Positions 10,801 through 23,836 of a stretch of DNA of 64,000 nucleotides are shown here, piece by piece (within the stretch, counting starts at the first letter, position 1; each line of letters begins with the position of its first letter). The translations under genes and the position numbers were made by a program. The DNA comes from Selaginella moellendorffii (taxonomy: Eukaryota; Plantae; Lycopodiophyta). The notes under the pieces are model-generated. The model did no database searches and was not told where the DNA came from. It worked only from the letters and a program-made list of their open reading frames with translations. The stretch covers positions 1 through 64,000 of the forward strand of contig NW_003314269.1 of assembly GCF_000143415.4 (NCBI RefSeq). Reading direction: 5' to 3'.

Positions 10801-13165
10801 CAACACAAGCAACTTATCCCCCGTAAGGGTATATCCAACTTCCCTATGCTATTAAGAAGTCTTGGGTAGCTACCTTCTACCCGTTTAACCAGTTATTTTG
10901 CACCTCTTGCTTAGTTGCCTTATAGTTGTCAAGTCCTACAACTCATTGCTTGGTGCTTTCACACCTCCATCATTATCTGGGTCACCACACTCCAACTGCA
11001 TGCTCTGCAGCTTAGGCTATGCTATTCCCATTTCCATTGGGATTCCTTTGGCAAGGGTTCTCATGAACCCACCAACATAGCCTCAAGGTATCACACCTTG
11101 GCACATTTGGTGTCTCCACACCATCGGCTCCACGAGCATACCTCTATGACATTTCCCCTTCGTGTCTAAGTCTTTGCCAAGACTAACACCGCTCTTTCTC
11201 ATGCCAACCATCCGTTAGCACTGCACCATAGAAGTCACACACAACTTTATGTCAAAGTTGTTTTCTTCTGGGAACACCTTTCCCATAACTTTAGCATGGC
11301 ACATTTTGCCATCGATGAGATACCCTCTGTTCTCATCTTTGGATCCTATGATCCCCCCCCATCCTTTGTGGGGTACAACACACCTCAGTCCAAATGCTTC
11401 CATCAGTCCTTTTAGGACCATCCGTTGACTCTACTTGAGTCATCCAGCAGTTTTGGACTTGGTTAATCCACAGACCCGTAAGGTCCTACTTGTGAGGCAC
11501 TAGCTCACTGGAATACACTTCTTGCATTCCTATCCTACTCGAAAGGACTATTTTCACAAGTGTTACTCCGACACTTGATTTTGTTCTCTGGGGGCAACCT
11601 TTGCCCCTTAGGACTACTTGTCCATGTGATGAAAACACCAACTCATCCACTTAATACACCCCCAACTCCTTGGGTTGTTCCAGCATTTATTAGAGGTAGC
11701 CCTGGCTACCTTTTCAAGGACTTGAGTCCTCTTCCGTATTTGACCTCCCACGGTCATTACTTCTGGTCTCACATTCGTGAGCACCAACCTCAACTATATG
11801 AGGAAAATCTTGTGACTCCTTTATTGCTTTGGAGTCTTTATCTTTCCCGTGATCCCAACTGTAGTTGTTTACCACAACTACATTAGCCAGTTTGCTAAGT
11901 CAAACGCTCATCTGGATCACATCCTCAACTCTTTGAGGAAAACCATATACTGTTCCCAAGATCCCAAAGTCGTTCCATTATTGGCCCTTTTCTATCCACC
12001 ACCTCGTCTACAAGTTCACACATGAACTGTAATGGAGAGCCATGTCTTCCCGACTTGCTACTCCTCAAGGATAGGCCCACTCCTCGGACTTTCCGATGCC
12101 AACACTAGTGGTGATGTACTTGAGCACCAATAAAAGTCAGACTAAGGAACAGCTCTGATACCAAATTGTAAGCGACTAAATTTTCCATTCTACTTTAGTC
12201 ACTTAACCACACCTCTGACCACTTGGAGGAGTCTCATTCACAACCTCCATAAGTCCAATCTAGGACTTGGGACTTGCTAGCCCCGAGAATGGCATCCATG
12301 CCACTCAACATTTGCACTTGGTCCAAGTGCTCCACGTGTCCGATCCCATGACCGACACTCAAAGGTACCACCGACATAGCAGCCCGTTACGCTAAGGCCA
12401 TGCCCAATCACCTTTGCCACACTGGTAGTCCAATACCACTTGCATCACCGTCTTGGCTCTCCAAGACTAGGCAAACCATCCGTGAGTGGTCATCTTAGAT
12501 CCACTCCTTAGCATCCTTAGGATGCCCACCGACAAGGGGAATAGCCTTCGACAATATCCCTCTGTCAGTCCCCACTAAGTCCCTTTCTGCCCCTGGCCGT
12601 GTTTGCCAACACTGCCACTGGATCGAGACCCACAGGCCCAACCACTAAGTCCCACGGTCCTCTGGGACTTCCTCACCACACGACTGTGTCCTTGGTCACT
12701 ACCCCAGAGGACTGCTCCTCTTCCTTTCCACAATCTGGGCCTTTGGGACAACATTTCGGAACACCGTGGCCTTACGCGAGCCACCTGGGTACTCTCCTCG
12801 CCTTCTGCCCTTGGGTGCTCTAGCCATGGGCTTAGAGCGGGTTCCGTTGAGCCACACCAGGTATCCAAGTAGGTAGTGCCACCCACACTTGGACTGGGAG
12901 TATCGGCCAGTCGATCTCCCGGGGGAACTAGAGCCGGCTCTTGAACACTTCACCAAGCTACCCCGCTTGTCGGTCTGTGTTCACTCTAGTCTTGGACTTC
13001 CCAGTGGGCAGCTCATCACCCAACACTGGGTCCGGCCTTCCTGGGCTAAACTGGCCTTTCCTGGCCAAACTGGCTCCACTACAGTCCTCCCCCTACTATA
13101 CTTTTGGAGCTCACCAAACCCCCCAGGGTCTGGGAGACGAACGCTTTGGGCTTTCACCCTCTCAG

Positions 13166-13280
13166 GCTCCGGACTCGGACTCGGACTCGAACTCAGACTC
13201 GGACTCGGACTCGGATTCGGACTCGGACTCGGGCTCGGGCTCGGTCTCGGCCTCGGCCTCAGTCTCAGTCTCGGTCCCGA

Positions 13281-13318
<38 letters not shown>

Positions 13319-13691
13319 CCGGTCTCGGTCTCGACTTCGGACTCCATCTCGGACTCCATCTCGGACTCCATCTCGGGTCCATCTCGGGTCCATCTCGGAC
13401 TCCATCTCGGACTCCATCTCGGGTCCATCTCGGACTCCATCTCGGACTCCATTTCGGGTCCATCTCGGGTCCACCTCGGACTCCATCTTGGACTCCATCT
13501 CGGACTCCATCTCGGGTCCATCTCGGACTCCACTTCGGACTCCAACTCGGGTCCATCTCGGGTCCACCTCGGACTCCACTTCGGACTCCATCTCGGACTC
13601 CATCTCGGGTCCATCTCGGACTCCACTTCGGACTCCAACTCGGGTCCATCTCGGACTCCACTTCGGACTCCAACTCGAGTCCATCTCGGAC
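13166..13691. repeat. Same minisatellite in the second LTR
   Basis: Near-identical copy at +5855 offset. Confidence 0.95.
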
Positions 13692-14874
13692 ACTCCCACG
13701 TGTCATGTGTTGGTCCTTTTGGGTCCCTTTTTGGAGCCTCGCCTTTTGCTCGCTTCGTGCTCGTTCCTCGAGCACTTCGTTGGGAGTTCCACTCCCGCTC
13801 TTGACTTTTCAAGTCGGAGCTTTTGGTCCAAACGTGTTACGCTCGTTTGGCTCTCGCTTCGGCCACTACCATGTGGCGTCCTTCCGGCTCCACTTTGGGG
13901 CCTAGGGATTTTATGTCTCACAGTGCCATTGGAAGCTGTCAGAGGGAACTTTTCTTGGCTCGAGAGCATATGCTTTCTTTGCCAGTGACAGAGAAGAATA
14001 TGCTCTAGTAGATCAATACTAGCTTTTATTTCACAAAAGCACCATTTCTAATGAAATTTTCTATTTGTGTTAAGGTCATGGGTCGATTTAGGTGGATGTT
14101 TCTTTGTCTCCACCACATAATTCACACTTGATTTACCCATCTATTTGAGGATGATTTCCACTTGAGAGTTTCAAAGTCATTTGTATAGCTTTTGCAAAGT
14201 TCTTTTAAAATCCACTAGTGAATTTTGAATCTCAATTACTAATAATGTCCTTCGGTAAATCAAAATTATGAAAAATCTTTTCTAGCAATAACAATCCTCT
14301 AAAGAGCTAACAACCATACATACTTCATTAAATAATTCATTATAATGCATATTTGCTCTTTTTACCTCTATATTCCATAAAAATACTACACTAACAGCTC
14401 CGAAGAATAGGTAAAGGAGATTCTAGTCCAAAATCCCTTGCTAGGCTTAGATTTATTAATCAATTTCACCGAAAAAGCCTACGAGCTAAAGCTCTTACAA
14501 CAACAAAAAGACATAACTTTCCCAATGGCATCCAACAAAACAACAGTGATAATGGAGAAATCCTTTACAAACTTACAGGACATTGGATTGGAGTTCCAAA
14601 AAGTTGGCAGTGCTTCAAACTTTAGACACTTATCAACAGATTTGCTCCTTTTGTGTTATTGGCAGCACAAGCTCCCTGCCCGTCTCACTCAATCTCTTTC
14701 GTATCTACCAAACTTTCAAATCGCTTTAATTGATCCTTGTTTTAGGGCACAAATTCAAATCAAGAAACAATGGCGACCTGTGACTTTCTGCTCTGAGCTA
14801 CAAACGCTTTACTTACAGTTTTATTTTATACTAGAATATGCGGCATCGAATCTTTTTATTGACCCGGGAATTAA

Positions 14875-16508
14875 GGTTCTTGCGCTGCAGCAAATGCGGC
14901 TTGCGCTGCCGATGATGGGCGTCAAGCTCATGCAGTTCGCCATCCAGATCACGTCCGTGATGCTCGTCGGCCATCTCGGCGAGCTCCAGCTCTCCAGCGC
15001 CTCCATCGCGACATCGCTGTCACGGTCACCGGCTACAGTCTCTTGGTGAGTCCCTGACGCAAGATTTCGAGGCAGAATTGAGCAGTGAAGCATCCGGATC
15101 GTGGTCTCTTTGTTTGCCACCAGCCTTGAGACCCTGTGCGGCCAGGCGTTGAGTACCACAAGGTCGGCCTCTACTTGTATCGAGCAGTGCTGGTTCTTCT
15201 CGCCGTCGCTATTCCAGTGGCAGTGCTATGGCTCAACATCCTCGATATATCGTCCAGCGCTGGAATATACGCGCGATGGCTCGTCCAGGGGCTCTTCGCA
15301 TTTTGCTTCCTCCAGCCACTCATCAAGTTTCTCCAAGCGTGGAGCTTCGTGCTTCTGATGTTCTTGTGCTCGTCGGTGACTTTGGTGGTCCACGTTTCGA
15401 TCTGCTGGGTGCTCATATACAAGGTTGGGATGGGAAACGCTGGAGCAGCACTGGCGACGAGTGTTTCCAACTGGATCAACGTCTTCTTCCTCGCCGGAGT
15501 GGCGCTGCTCAAGTGTTTGCCAGAGTTATCCATGGAGGTTTTCGAGCATGTTTTCGACTTTTTGAAGTTGGCAGTGCCTTCTACGCTCATGTTCTGGTAA
15601 GTATTTTCTTGTTTCTTTTATTCGTTGAACTCTGCATTGTTCCCAGCTTGGAGTGGTGGTCGTTTGAGTCCCTCGTTTTGCTCTCAGGCGTTCTTCCCAA
15701 TCCCAAGCTTGAGACGTCCGTGTTCTCCATCATGTCAGTAAAAATGTTTTCCTTCCTGTAAGCTCACTTTCCTTTTCCAGGCTAAACATCATCAACTTCT
15801 GCTACATGGTTCCTTATGGTATCAGTGCAGCAGCAAGGTATTCAGCGATTTTCTCAGTTACTCTCTTTGGCAACCTTTCGATCTCTGCAGTACTCGGATT
15901 TCCAACGAGCTCGGTGCCGGGCATCCATTTGAAGCTCGTCTCTCGCAGGGCGTTTCTTTCGGCCTGGCTGCCATTGACGCAGTGTTCGTGTCAACCCTCC
16001 TGTTTTGCCTCCGTGACGTTCTTGGCCGGGCTTTCAGCAATGAGGCAGAAGTGGTCGGCCATGTTTCGCGAATGATTCCAATTCTTGCTGCAATGACCGT
16101 CATGGATGCATTTGCCGGAGTTGTATCGGGTAACTCGAACTTTTCTTTTCTTCTGTTTTATGTTTCTAGCTAAACAATTGTTTTGCAAGGTTCTGCTAGA
16201 GGGTGTGGTTGGCAGATGCTTGCAACAATTGCAAACTTGGGAGCCTTTTACGTTGTTGGTTTGCCTGTAGGATGTATCCTAGCATTTGTCGTTGGTCTCG
16301 GTGGGAAGGTAGCTCAATCTTTGGCCTTGGGATTGATGTCTGTTGCATTACACAGGGACTTCTGATTGGAGTTCTCTCAGGAGTGTCAACACAAGCTGCA
16401 GTTCTGTCTGTAATAGCCCTCTCCACAAACTGGGCAAAGCAGGTGGACATACAGGCACAAGCAGCGACGATTCGTGTGGACTCCGAGACAATCGCACTCC
16501 TTTGCTAA
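14875..16508 (+). pseudogene. MATE efflux transporter pseudogene (inverted duplicate of 27074-28829)
   Basis: MATE motifs ([43 protein letters not shown]). Relative to the minus copy it has lost the start region and has frameshifting/in-frame deletions near 15015, 15150, 15240 and 15510. Confidence 0.85.
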
Positions 16509-16637
16509 GTTTCAAGCTGGGGCCTGGACTCGGCCTGGGTATCACCATCGGCATCGCAGCGATGCAGGGTGAGCTGGAGAAAATCTAGCTTTGTGTTTTG
16601 GCAAGTTTGTAAAAGAAAAAGACAGAGTTTGCTTTCC

Positions 16638-17786
16638 TTAACACAGCTCTTTGATAGCTTTGCCTTTGACTTTGTCGCTTTGGCGGCTGCCACCGCTGGT
16701 GCCACCGCTGGTGCCACCTTGGTCGCCTCCTCCACTGCCGCTGCCGCGAGCTCTTCCGCCATTGCCACCAGCTCTACCACCGCTAGTGCCAGCGCCTCCT
16801 CCGCTGCCGCGAGCTCTTCCGCCACCAGCTCTACCACCGCTGGTGCCAGCGCCTCCTCCTCTTCCACTGTCCCTGCTGCCAGCTCTTCCACCACTGCCGC
16901 CAGCTCTTCCGCCTCCTCCCTGGTCGTCTCCTCCGCTGCCGCTGCCGCCAGCTCTTCCGCCACCACCGGTGCTGCCACCGCCTCCTCCTTGGCTGTCGCT
17001 GTTTCCTTCTTCTGCATTCCTTTTAATGATCAGCGCACAAACTGTAAGTGCATCACGAGCAGGGATGAACTTGGAAAACATCCCAAGTCTCTTGACATGG
17101 ATCCCCACCAGCTCGAGGGGTGCGATCGAAAAGATCGCACCCCCGCGATCATCGCTAGCATAAGCTCCTGAAAGAAAAAAATGTCAAAACGGGGCTGAAA
17201 TGGCAAGAACAAAACACCTGCATAGAAGCCTCCCGGTAAAGTAGTTGCCACCGTCACTTGATCCTGGAAAGATGGGATCTGGTTGGTTTCGTCTTTGCCA
17301 TCCCCTTTTTTGTAAGAAGCCTTGTCCACGTCTTCAACGTAGCCAAGAAAATGAAGCTGGCGGCCTAGTGACAGGCGCTCCTTGCTTGAACGGAGAAAAG
17401 GTAACGCCCCGCCCTCGATTTTGAGCATCGCTATGTCGCGCTCATGGTCCACGGCCATGAAAGACGCGGCCCTCTTCTCGCCCCGAGTGGGGAAGAGAAC
17501 CAGCCAGTCCAGGCCACCAAGGTCGTAGTTTTTGAGCGGCGCGAGGGACACAATGCCGTGGCTGCATCGAGAGCGACAAGAGGAGAGAGTTTTCTAGCAC
17601 AAAGGCACAAAGCTTTCACCTTTTCCAGACCATAACCACGGTGGCTATGGTATTGACAGACGAGAGCGAGACGGAGCTGTTGTCGGAGCTGTCGCCGGAG
17701 CTGTCGCCGGAGCTGTCGTCGACGTACAAGCGCCCGAGCACTTCTCGCGCAGCTCCAAAGCCCACCTCCGCGACTTCCAAAGCCAT
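16638..17786 (-). CDS. Trypsin-like (Trypsin_2/HtrA-fold) pseudoprotease type A with Gly-rich C-tail, 3 exons
   Basis: Spliced IATVVMVWKSHGIVSLAPL...DHERDIAMLKIE...LHFLGY...YASDDRGGAIFS...LVGIHV, followed by GGGGRAGGS repeats. The catalytic His and Ser positions are P and R. Confidence 0.6.
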
Positions 17787-17871
17787 CGTTGCTTGCTGAA
17801 GGCCGTTGCTAGGGTTTAAGGGTTTATAGAAGAAGAAATGGTTTTTTATGGAGAGGGGATTGCGCGCGGCG

Positions 17872-19560
17872 ATGGGGCTGATCAGCACCGTGCTGGGTGT
17901 TGTCGGGATCGCCTACTTCCATTTCACGCCCGTGGATGTCAAGGTAGGGATTCTCGCCAGGAATGTAGCTAGAGTATTCTCATGCGCTGATCGCTTGGCA
18001 CAATCCGACCCTTGCAGGAGCTTCATATGAAGTCGCTGTGCCAGAGATTTCCTCAAGTCCCAATCTTTCCGTGATTCCTTTCCTGGGATCATGGTCGCAT
18101 TTTTCTATGCCTTACTTGCAAATGCAGACTTCATTCAAACCATGTATCGATGAATCCGCGGCGAAGGCCTTGACACTGTGTAGCTAATGTTTTTATCTTT
18201 GTTCTTGTACTCTGTTTTTGACGACTTTTTTTGACAGGCATCAAGGATGTGATATTCAAGAGAAGGAGACGCGAGCTGTCTCCGAAATGTGCCAAAGAGT
18301 TCTTGTTGCTGTCAAGGCGTTTGGTCGCGGAGCGACTGTCCAGGTTAGTAGTTTCGCCTTTTTGTTTATCTCTCCATCATTCTCTCTTTATGTTGTAGAC
18401 TTGCATTGCAAGCATCCTGCCATCCTCACGAAACTTCTCGGTGGATGGCGACTTAAATGGGATTATGCGTTTGTCCAGGTTTGCAACAAAAGATCTTTAC
18501 GTTTTTACTGACAAGGATTTCGCACAACCTGATCAAGGATAAAGTTTCACAAATGTACTTGTGGCCCAGAAATCAACGTCATAAGACATAACTCGTGCAA
18601 GACATATAAATACCTCTCAGAGCGGTAAAGAAGCCTGTTGGAATGCTGGAAGTCAAGGTTGTCAGGGCGATGGGCCTCAAGAAGAAAGACCTCATGGGGA
18701 AGTCTTGTCTGGCCAAGAAGAAAACGACCGTGAAATTGAACACTCTCAATCCAGAATGGAACGAAACCTTTCATGTTCTGACTGGAAAAAGGTACGCGGT
18801 TCTACTACAAGCATTCTGACGAACTTAATTTCCATGCTTTTGCAAGATCATGGTGTCTCCAATGGAAAAGGTTTGCTTCCTCTTTTGACATAGCCTACCA
18901 TTCATGTGGATTTTGGTTTGAAACTTCTGGCGACTTAATGGCAATTCCAGGGCTTTATGCGTTTGTCCAGGTTTGTATGGCCCTTTGTACTGGCACAGCT
19001 GTACTTGTGGCCCAGAACAATGGACATCAACGTCATAGACAATCCGAGGTAAGACTTAACTCGTGGAAGTCATACGCATACTCATGAATGCCTCTCAGCG
19101 CGGTGTTGGAATGCTGCAAGTGAAGCTTGTCAGGGCGACTGGCGTCAAGAAAAATGACTGACCCGGTCCGTGTTTGCCAAGAAGAAAACGACCGCGAAAA
19201 TGAACAAGAAGAACGAAACCTTTCACAGGCTGTTATGTTTGAAAAGGTACGTGGTTCTATGTAGCGAACTTAAGTTGGCTTGCAGATTAACAAGACTGAT
19301 TGCCCAATGATCGAAGCCTCGTGACCCACAAAGCGTCCAAGGAGGATCAAGACGCTTCAATCGAAGCTTATAAAGCTCCCGAAGGATATGGTTTGCCTGT
19401 CCATGGTGTCGAGACTTGGAAAGCAAGCATCACACGAACCTCGCATTTAGCAAAGGAAACCAAGGTAAGTAGTGTCCCGTTGGTTTGGTGTTTTATCTTT
19501 CTCTGTTTTATTCGTCAGGCTATAAAGAAGATCCTGGATGGGATCAGGACCGCTTGCGAG
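17872..19560 (+). pseudogene. Synaptotagmin (SMP + C2) gene fragments, internally duplicated and scrambled
   Basis: MGLISTVLG...FTPVDVK; VDFGLKLL...LMAIPGLYAFVQ; MYLWP; KPVGMLEVKVVRAMGLKKKDLMGKS; KKTTVKLNTLNPEWNETF. Many frameshifts. Confidence 0.75.
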
Positions 19561-19672
19561 TGGAAAGCAATGTGTAAGTTTGGCCTTGATCGAACAACTC
19601 GCCAAACTGATTAACGGCAGATTTTGTTAAAAAACTTTAATTTTATGTACCGTATTAGGTCAAAGCGGAGCT

Positions 19673-21027
19673 ATGGCGGTGGTGTGGGTGAAGCGGGGGG
19701 ACGAGGCGCTGTGCTTCCCACTCCAGGACGGCGCCAAGATGATGGTAAGCTCCATCGCTCGCCACTGGGGCCTGGACCCGGACTCCCTCCGCATCGGCGA
19801 CTGCGCTCTAGTCCCAGACGCTGACGGCAACTCGGTGCTCTCTCTTGACGCCATGGTAGCCTTGCTCCCCGAATTGGGCGATGGTAGCAGCTACGACCAA
19901 GCACTCCTCGTCACTGGCCGCCGCTGCTCTGCAACCAGGAATGCGTGCTCGGCTTGCGATCACCCCGCCGTCCAGGAGCTCATCCGGCAGCGAGACGAGG
20001 AGGATCTGGTGGCAAGGAAGAAGCAAAGGAGAGAGACCGCAGAGTCGAGGCAGCTCAAGGCATTCCACAGCAGTGTCGAAAACTTCTGGTCGTACGTCAA
20101 GGAGCTCGAGGGCGGGGGCCCGTTTAGGCGCTTGAGGCCAGAGCAAGCTCGCGAACTGCTGCAGTCCAGGGTCTCCAAGATGGTGGCTCGCTTGCACTTT
20201 GTGGAGGGCGATGACGAGCCGAGCGACGACAACTACAAGGGCCTGGCCGCCTTGGTGAAACCCGATGGATCTTGCTTCACCGCCGCCGCTTGCTGCGACT
20301 GTAGCTCCACCTCTGGCAGGCACATCCTGGTGTTCTCGGATCCAGCACTGGAGTACGAGTGCATGGTGTCTTTCAAGGATCCGATCGCTGTCCTGACGCC
20401 GATCGAACCTGGCGTCAGCTTCAACTATTGCATCAACTGGGATGGCTGGATCTGCAAGTCGGGTAGTCCCTATAGCTGGAAGCGCGACCCAGAGTCCGGG
20501 GACATCAAGTGCGTGTCGGGGATCTTCCTTGAGGATCGAAGCCTTAGCAGTGGGGAGTGCGAGCCTTACCGCATGGTGATGCTTCCGTTCGAGATGGTGG
20601 AGGTTGGTGCTCCAGTACTTGATAGCCGGGGAAATCTTGGCGGAATTGTGGTGGAATTCGAGGAGATCCCGGCTCGCGGTACTCGGTCCAAGAAGAACAA
20701 TGAGCAGAGGAAGTTCGATATGATTAGCATCCGTGACTTCTGCAACAAGGTGGTCAGCAGGGATCCTGACTTCGCGAAAGGTTTGGTTTCCGGCCTCCCT
20801 TTTTAACTTAACTGTAACTGTTTGATGTCCTCAGCGCTGGGTGCTGCCCTTGAGCACCGGAAAGCAGCCGTTTATGTGGCGTGTGTCGAGACTGGTCTAA
20901 CGACTCTTTGGAAGGATTGGATGACAACTCATCCCATCGAAGGTAAGATTCATTCTGGAATACGTGAATTTGACTCCGAAAGTTGTGGTTTTTATCTGAC
21001 ACAGAATTTGACATTGATGAACCTTGA
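19673..21027 (+). CDS. Trypsin-fold pseudoprotease type B with N-terminal ubiquitin-like header and coiled-coil linker, 3 exons
   Basis: ORF 19673-20780 plus small exons ~20836-20942 and 21005-21027. GLAALVKPDGSCFTAAAC (His lost), DPIAVL, VEVGAPVLDSRGNLGGIV (Ser lost). N-terminus MAVVWVKRG...FPL...SSIARHWGLDP...GSS..QALLVTGR. Confidence 0.65.
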
Positions 21028-22254
21028 AGTAAGAGGTGTAGCACTGTCAACGTTTTTGGAGATCTATCAACGAGGAAGACCTCCATTCAGGCTACGTAAA
21101 ATCTTTCACTAGTATAAGATAGGAGTGTTTTGGAGCTGAATTCAAAGTTTGGGGAAGTGGAAGTTTTTGTTCCCGCCGAAAAGGAATATTCGGCATCTTC
21201 TTGCAAAGAATCGTTTTTGGGATATTCATGCTTGCTTGTTTTGCAAAGATTTCGGGGAGAAGGAAGAGGAAGCAAATATTTACAAGTTTGTCCCAAGGTG
21301 AAGTTTCTATGGCTCTTGCAACTCCGACGCATCTGGCACGTAAGGGATGATCTCGAGCATCAATCAAGCGATCCGGCGGGGAGCGATAAGCTGCCACATC
21401 ACATCGATTATAAAAACTCCACTCCTCTTGTATCTTTGAACACGCTCTTTCTCACTACAACCGCATTGAAGGCGAGGATTGAACCACGCTGTGGTGTGAC
21501 GGACGCGAGCATGGATCGCCCAGCCGATGCCGAGATCCCTGGCGATGCTGCACGGCACGCGGGGAAGGAGGCGGCACTTGTTCCAGGGGAAGCTCGCCAG
21601 CGCCGCTTAACAGGGCCGCCCTCTTGCGGGAGATTGGAAGCCACCGCACATCCCGTGTGCTCACACAGCCTCTTGTCAGTACTTGGCGACAAGAGCGCCG
21701 CCCTCAACGCCTCCACCAGCGTGCAACTGAGGATTCACCGGGAGAGCACTGACCCTGCCTGCCGCAAAAGTTTCAGCAAAAGGCAGGCAAAACGCTGCCA
21801 CCAGTGATCAGTTGTGATGATGCACCAGCGAGCGGGAGTGGTTAGTACTTGTACATCCGAGGGAGGTACAGCAGCGTCTGGAGCAGCGTCTGGAACAAAT
21901 GGTGGAGCTCGAATCCAAACAGAGGACGAAGCGAAACTGAGAATCGCAAACACGCCTTCGAGCGGCATGCCGTGCGACGAGTGGGCACCCCCCACTCCGG
22001 TCGGACGACTGGGGCCGGAAGGGTACCATAGATGAAGAGGAAGTTCGGCATTGTGCTGCAGTCCGGGGAGTAGAGCACGTAGATGTAGAGGAGCATCACC
22101 CAGACCATTGTTGTGTAAAAACTTATAACTGATAGCATCTGAAAAGCATCTTCACGATCTTGAAGAATTGGGAAGAGAGCACCTCGAGTCGAAACGCACC
22201 GAACTATTGTGTGAAGCTTTTTTCGACGTATTCCGTATTAGGTCAAGCGGAGCT

Positions 22255-23619
22255 ATGGCGGTGGTGTGGGTGAAGCGGGGTGACGAGGCGCTGCGCTTCC
22301 CACTCATAGGCTCCAAACTCATGGTAAGCTCCATCGCTCGTCACTGGGGCCTGGACCCGGACTCCCTCCGCATTGGCAACTGCGCTCTAGTCCCAGGTGC
22401 CGACGGCAACTCGGTGCTCTCCCTTGACGCCATTGCCGCGTTGCTCCAGGACCAGCCCGACCTGGGTGACGGTAGCAGCCACGAGCAAGCGCTCGTCATC
22501 ACGGGCCGACGCCGCTCTGCTGATCACCCCGCCGTCCAGGATCACATCCGGCAGCGCGACGAGGAGAATCTCGTGGCCAAGAAGCAAAGAGCCGAGGTTG
22601 CGAGGTCGAGGCAGTTGGAGGCGTACCGGAGCAACGTCGAGGGCCTGTGGTCGTATGTCAAGGAGCTGGAGCTCACCGTCACGAAACCAGAGCAAGTTTG
22701 CAACGTGATGCAGTCCCGGGTCTCCAAGATGGTGGCTCGCTTGCACTTTGTGGAGGGTGACGACGAGCCGAGCGATGACAACTACAAGGGCCTGGCCGCC
22801 TTGGTGAAGCCCGATGGCTCTTGCTTCACCGCCGCCGTGTGCTGCAACCGTAGCTCCACCTCTGGCAAGTACGTGCTGGTGTTCTCGGATCCACCACTGG
22901 AGTACGAGTGCGTGGTGACTTACGAGGAAGAGGTCGAGATCGCCATCCTGACGCCGGCCAAACCTGTCAGCTTCGACTATTGCATCAACTGGAATGACTC
23001 GATTTGCAAGTCGGATCATGCCTACAGCTGGAAGCGCGACCCACAGTCCGGGGACGTCAAGTGCGTGGCGGGCATCTTCATCGAGGATCCAAGCCTTCCA
23101 ATTTATCAGTTCGAGCCTTACCACATGGTGATGCTTCCGGTGGAGAGCACGGTGGAGGTTGGTGCTCCTGTCCTTGACGATGCAGGACATCTTGGCGGAG
23201 TGGTGGTGGAATTCGAGGAGATCCCGGCTCGTGATACTCGACCGACGAAGAAGAAGAAGAAGAATGGAGAGAGGAGGCTCGACGAGACTGCCATCCGCGA
23301 CCAGTTCCAAAACCGAGTCAAGGAGGATCCCGACTTTGGGAAAGGTTTGGATGCTTGGCGATTGAAACTGTCTAACTGAAACTGTCTAACTGTAGCTCTC
23401 GAGGCTGGATTCGTGCACCGCAAGGCTGTCGTTTATGTCGCGTGTTTGGACATTGATGGTTTGACGACTGTTTGGTACGATTGGACGAAAGCTCATCCTC
23501 TAAAAGGTAAGAAGATCAGTGGATTGAACTCTTTAAGTTTTTGTTTTGTTTTCTTGACAGAGTTTGAGCCTTCAAGCTCCAACGAGCAAAACGTCATCCA
23601 TTGGCGCAGGCACGCATAA
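22255..23619 (+). CDS. Paralog of 19673-21027 (type B trypsin-fold pseudoprotease), 3 exons
   Basis: Same architecture and intron positions; FTAAVC, VEVGAPVLDDAGHLGGVV. Confidence 0.65.
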
Positions 23620-23836
23620 GCGTATTTTTCTCTGTTTTTCAAATTCTCCGTGGCAAACTTGTAGATTTCTTGAAAACTTGCGAGTCTGTGATGGCCTGCC
23701 GAGGGTGGATATCGAGAAGCGGCTCAATGTGCAGCAAGAGCGAGGGAGTTTGCGGGAATACTTTAGCTATAGGATTAGGCCTTGGCTCTTTTCACAAGAC
23801 TTGGCATAGTCGCAATGGTTTCCCTTCGCACAGTTT

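Larger units (their letters stand above)
6312..13922 (-). mobile_element. Non-autonomous LTR retrotransposon (LARD-like), full length
   Basis: Direct LTRs 6312-8067 and 12167-13922 (1756 bp, TG...CA, ~16 substitutions by eye). GTGCC TSD at 6307-6311 and 13923-13927. PBS TGGTATCAGAGC (tRNA-iMet) on minus at 12152-12163. Purine-rich PPT-like tract on minus at 8068-8080. The 4.1-kb interior has no recognisable gag/pol ORF. Confidence 0.92.

Noticed and set aside
6312-13922. Retrozyme (hammerhead-bearing LTR element)
   Set aside because: No CTGANGA...GAAA hammerhead core with stems found by eye, and the LTRs are much longer than in retrozymes.
16505-17171. Ala/Glu-, Ser/Ala- and Pro-rich ORFs
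   Set aside because: Alternative frames of the GCC-rich Gly tail of the minus-strand gene.
17552-17566. CSHG as catalytic His motif of an active protease
   Set aside because: The Cys codon is in the intron acceptor, and alignment puts the catalytic His at the later SLAP position; the Ser is also absent.
21130-22140. 225-aa ORF and neighbouring short ORFs between the type B genes
   Set aside because: No recognisable motif or consistent splice model; possibly a gene relic but unsupported.
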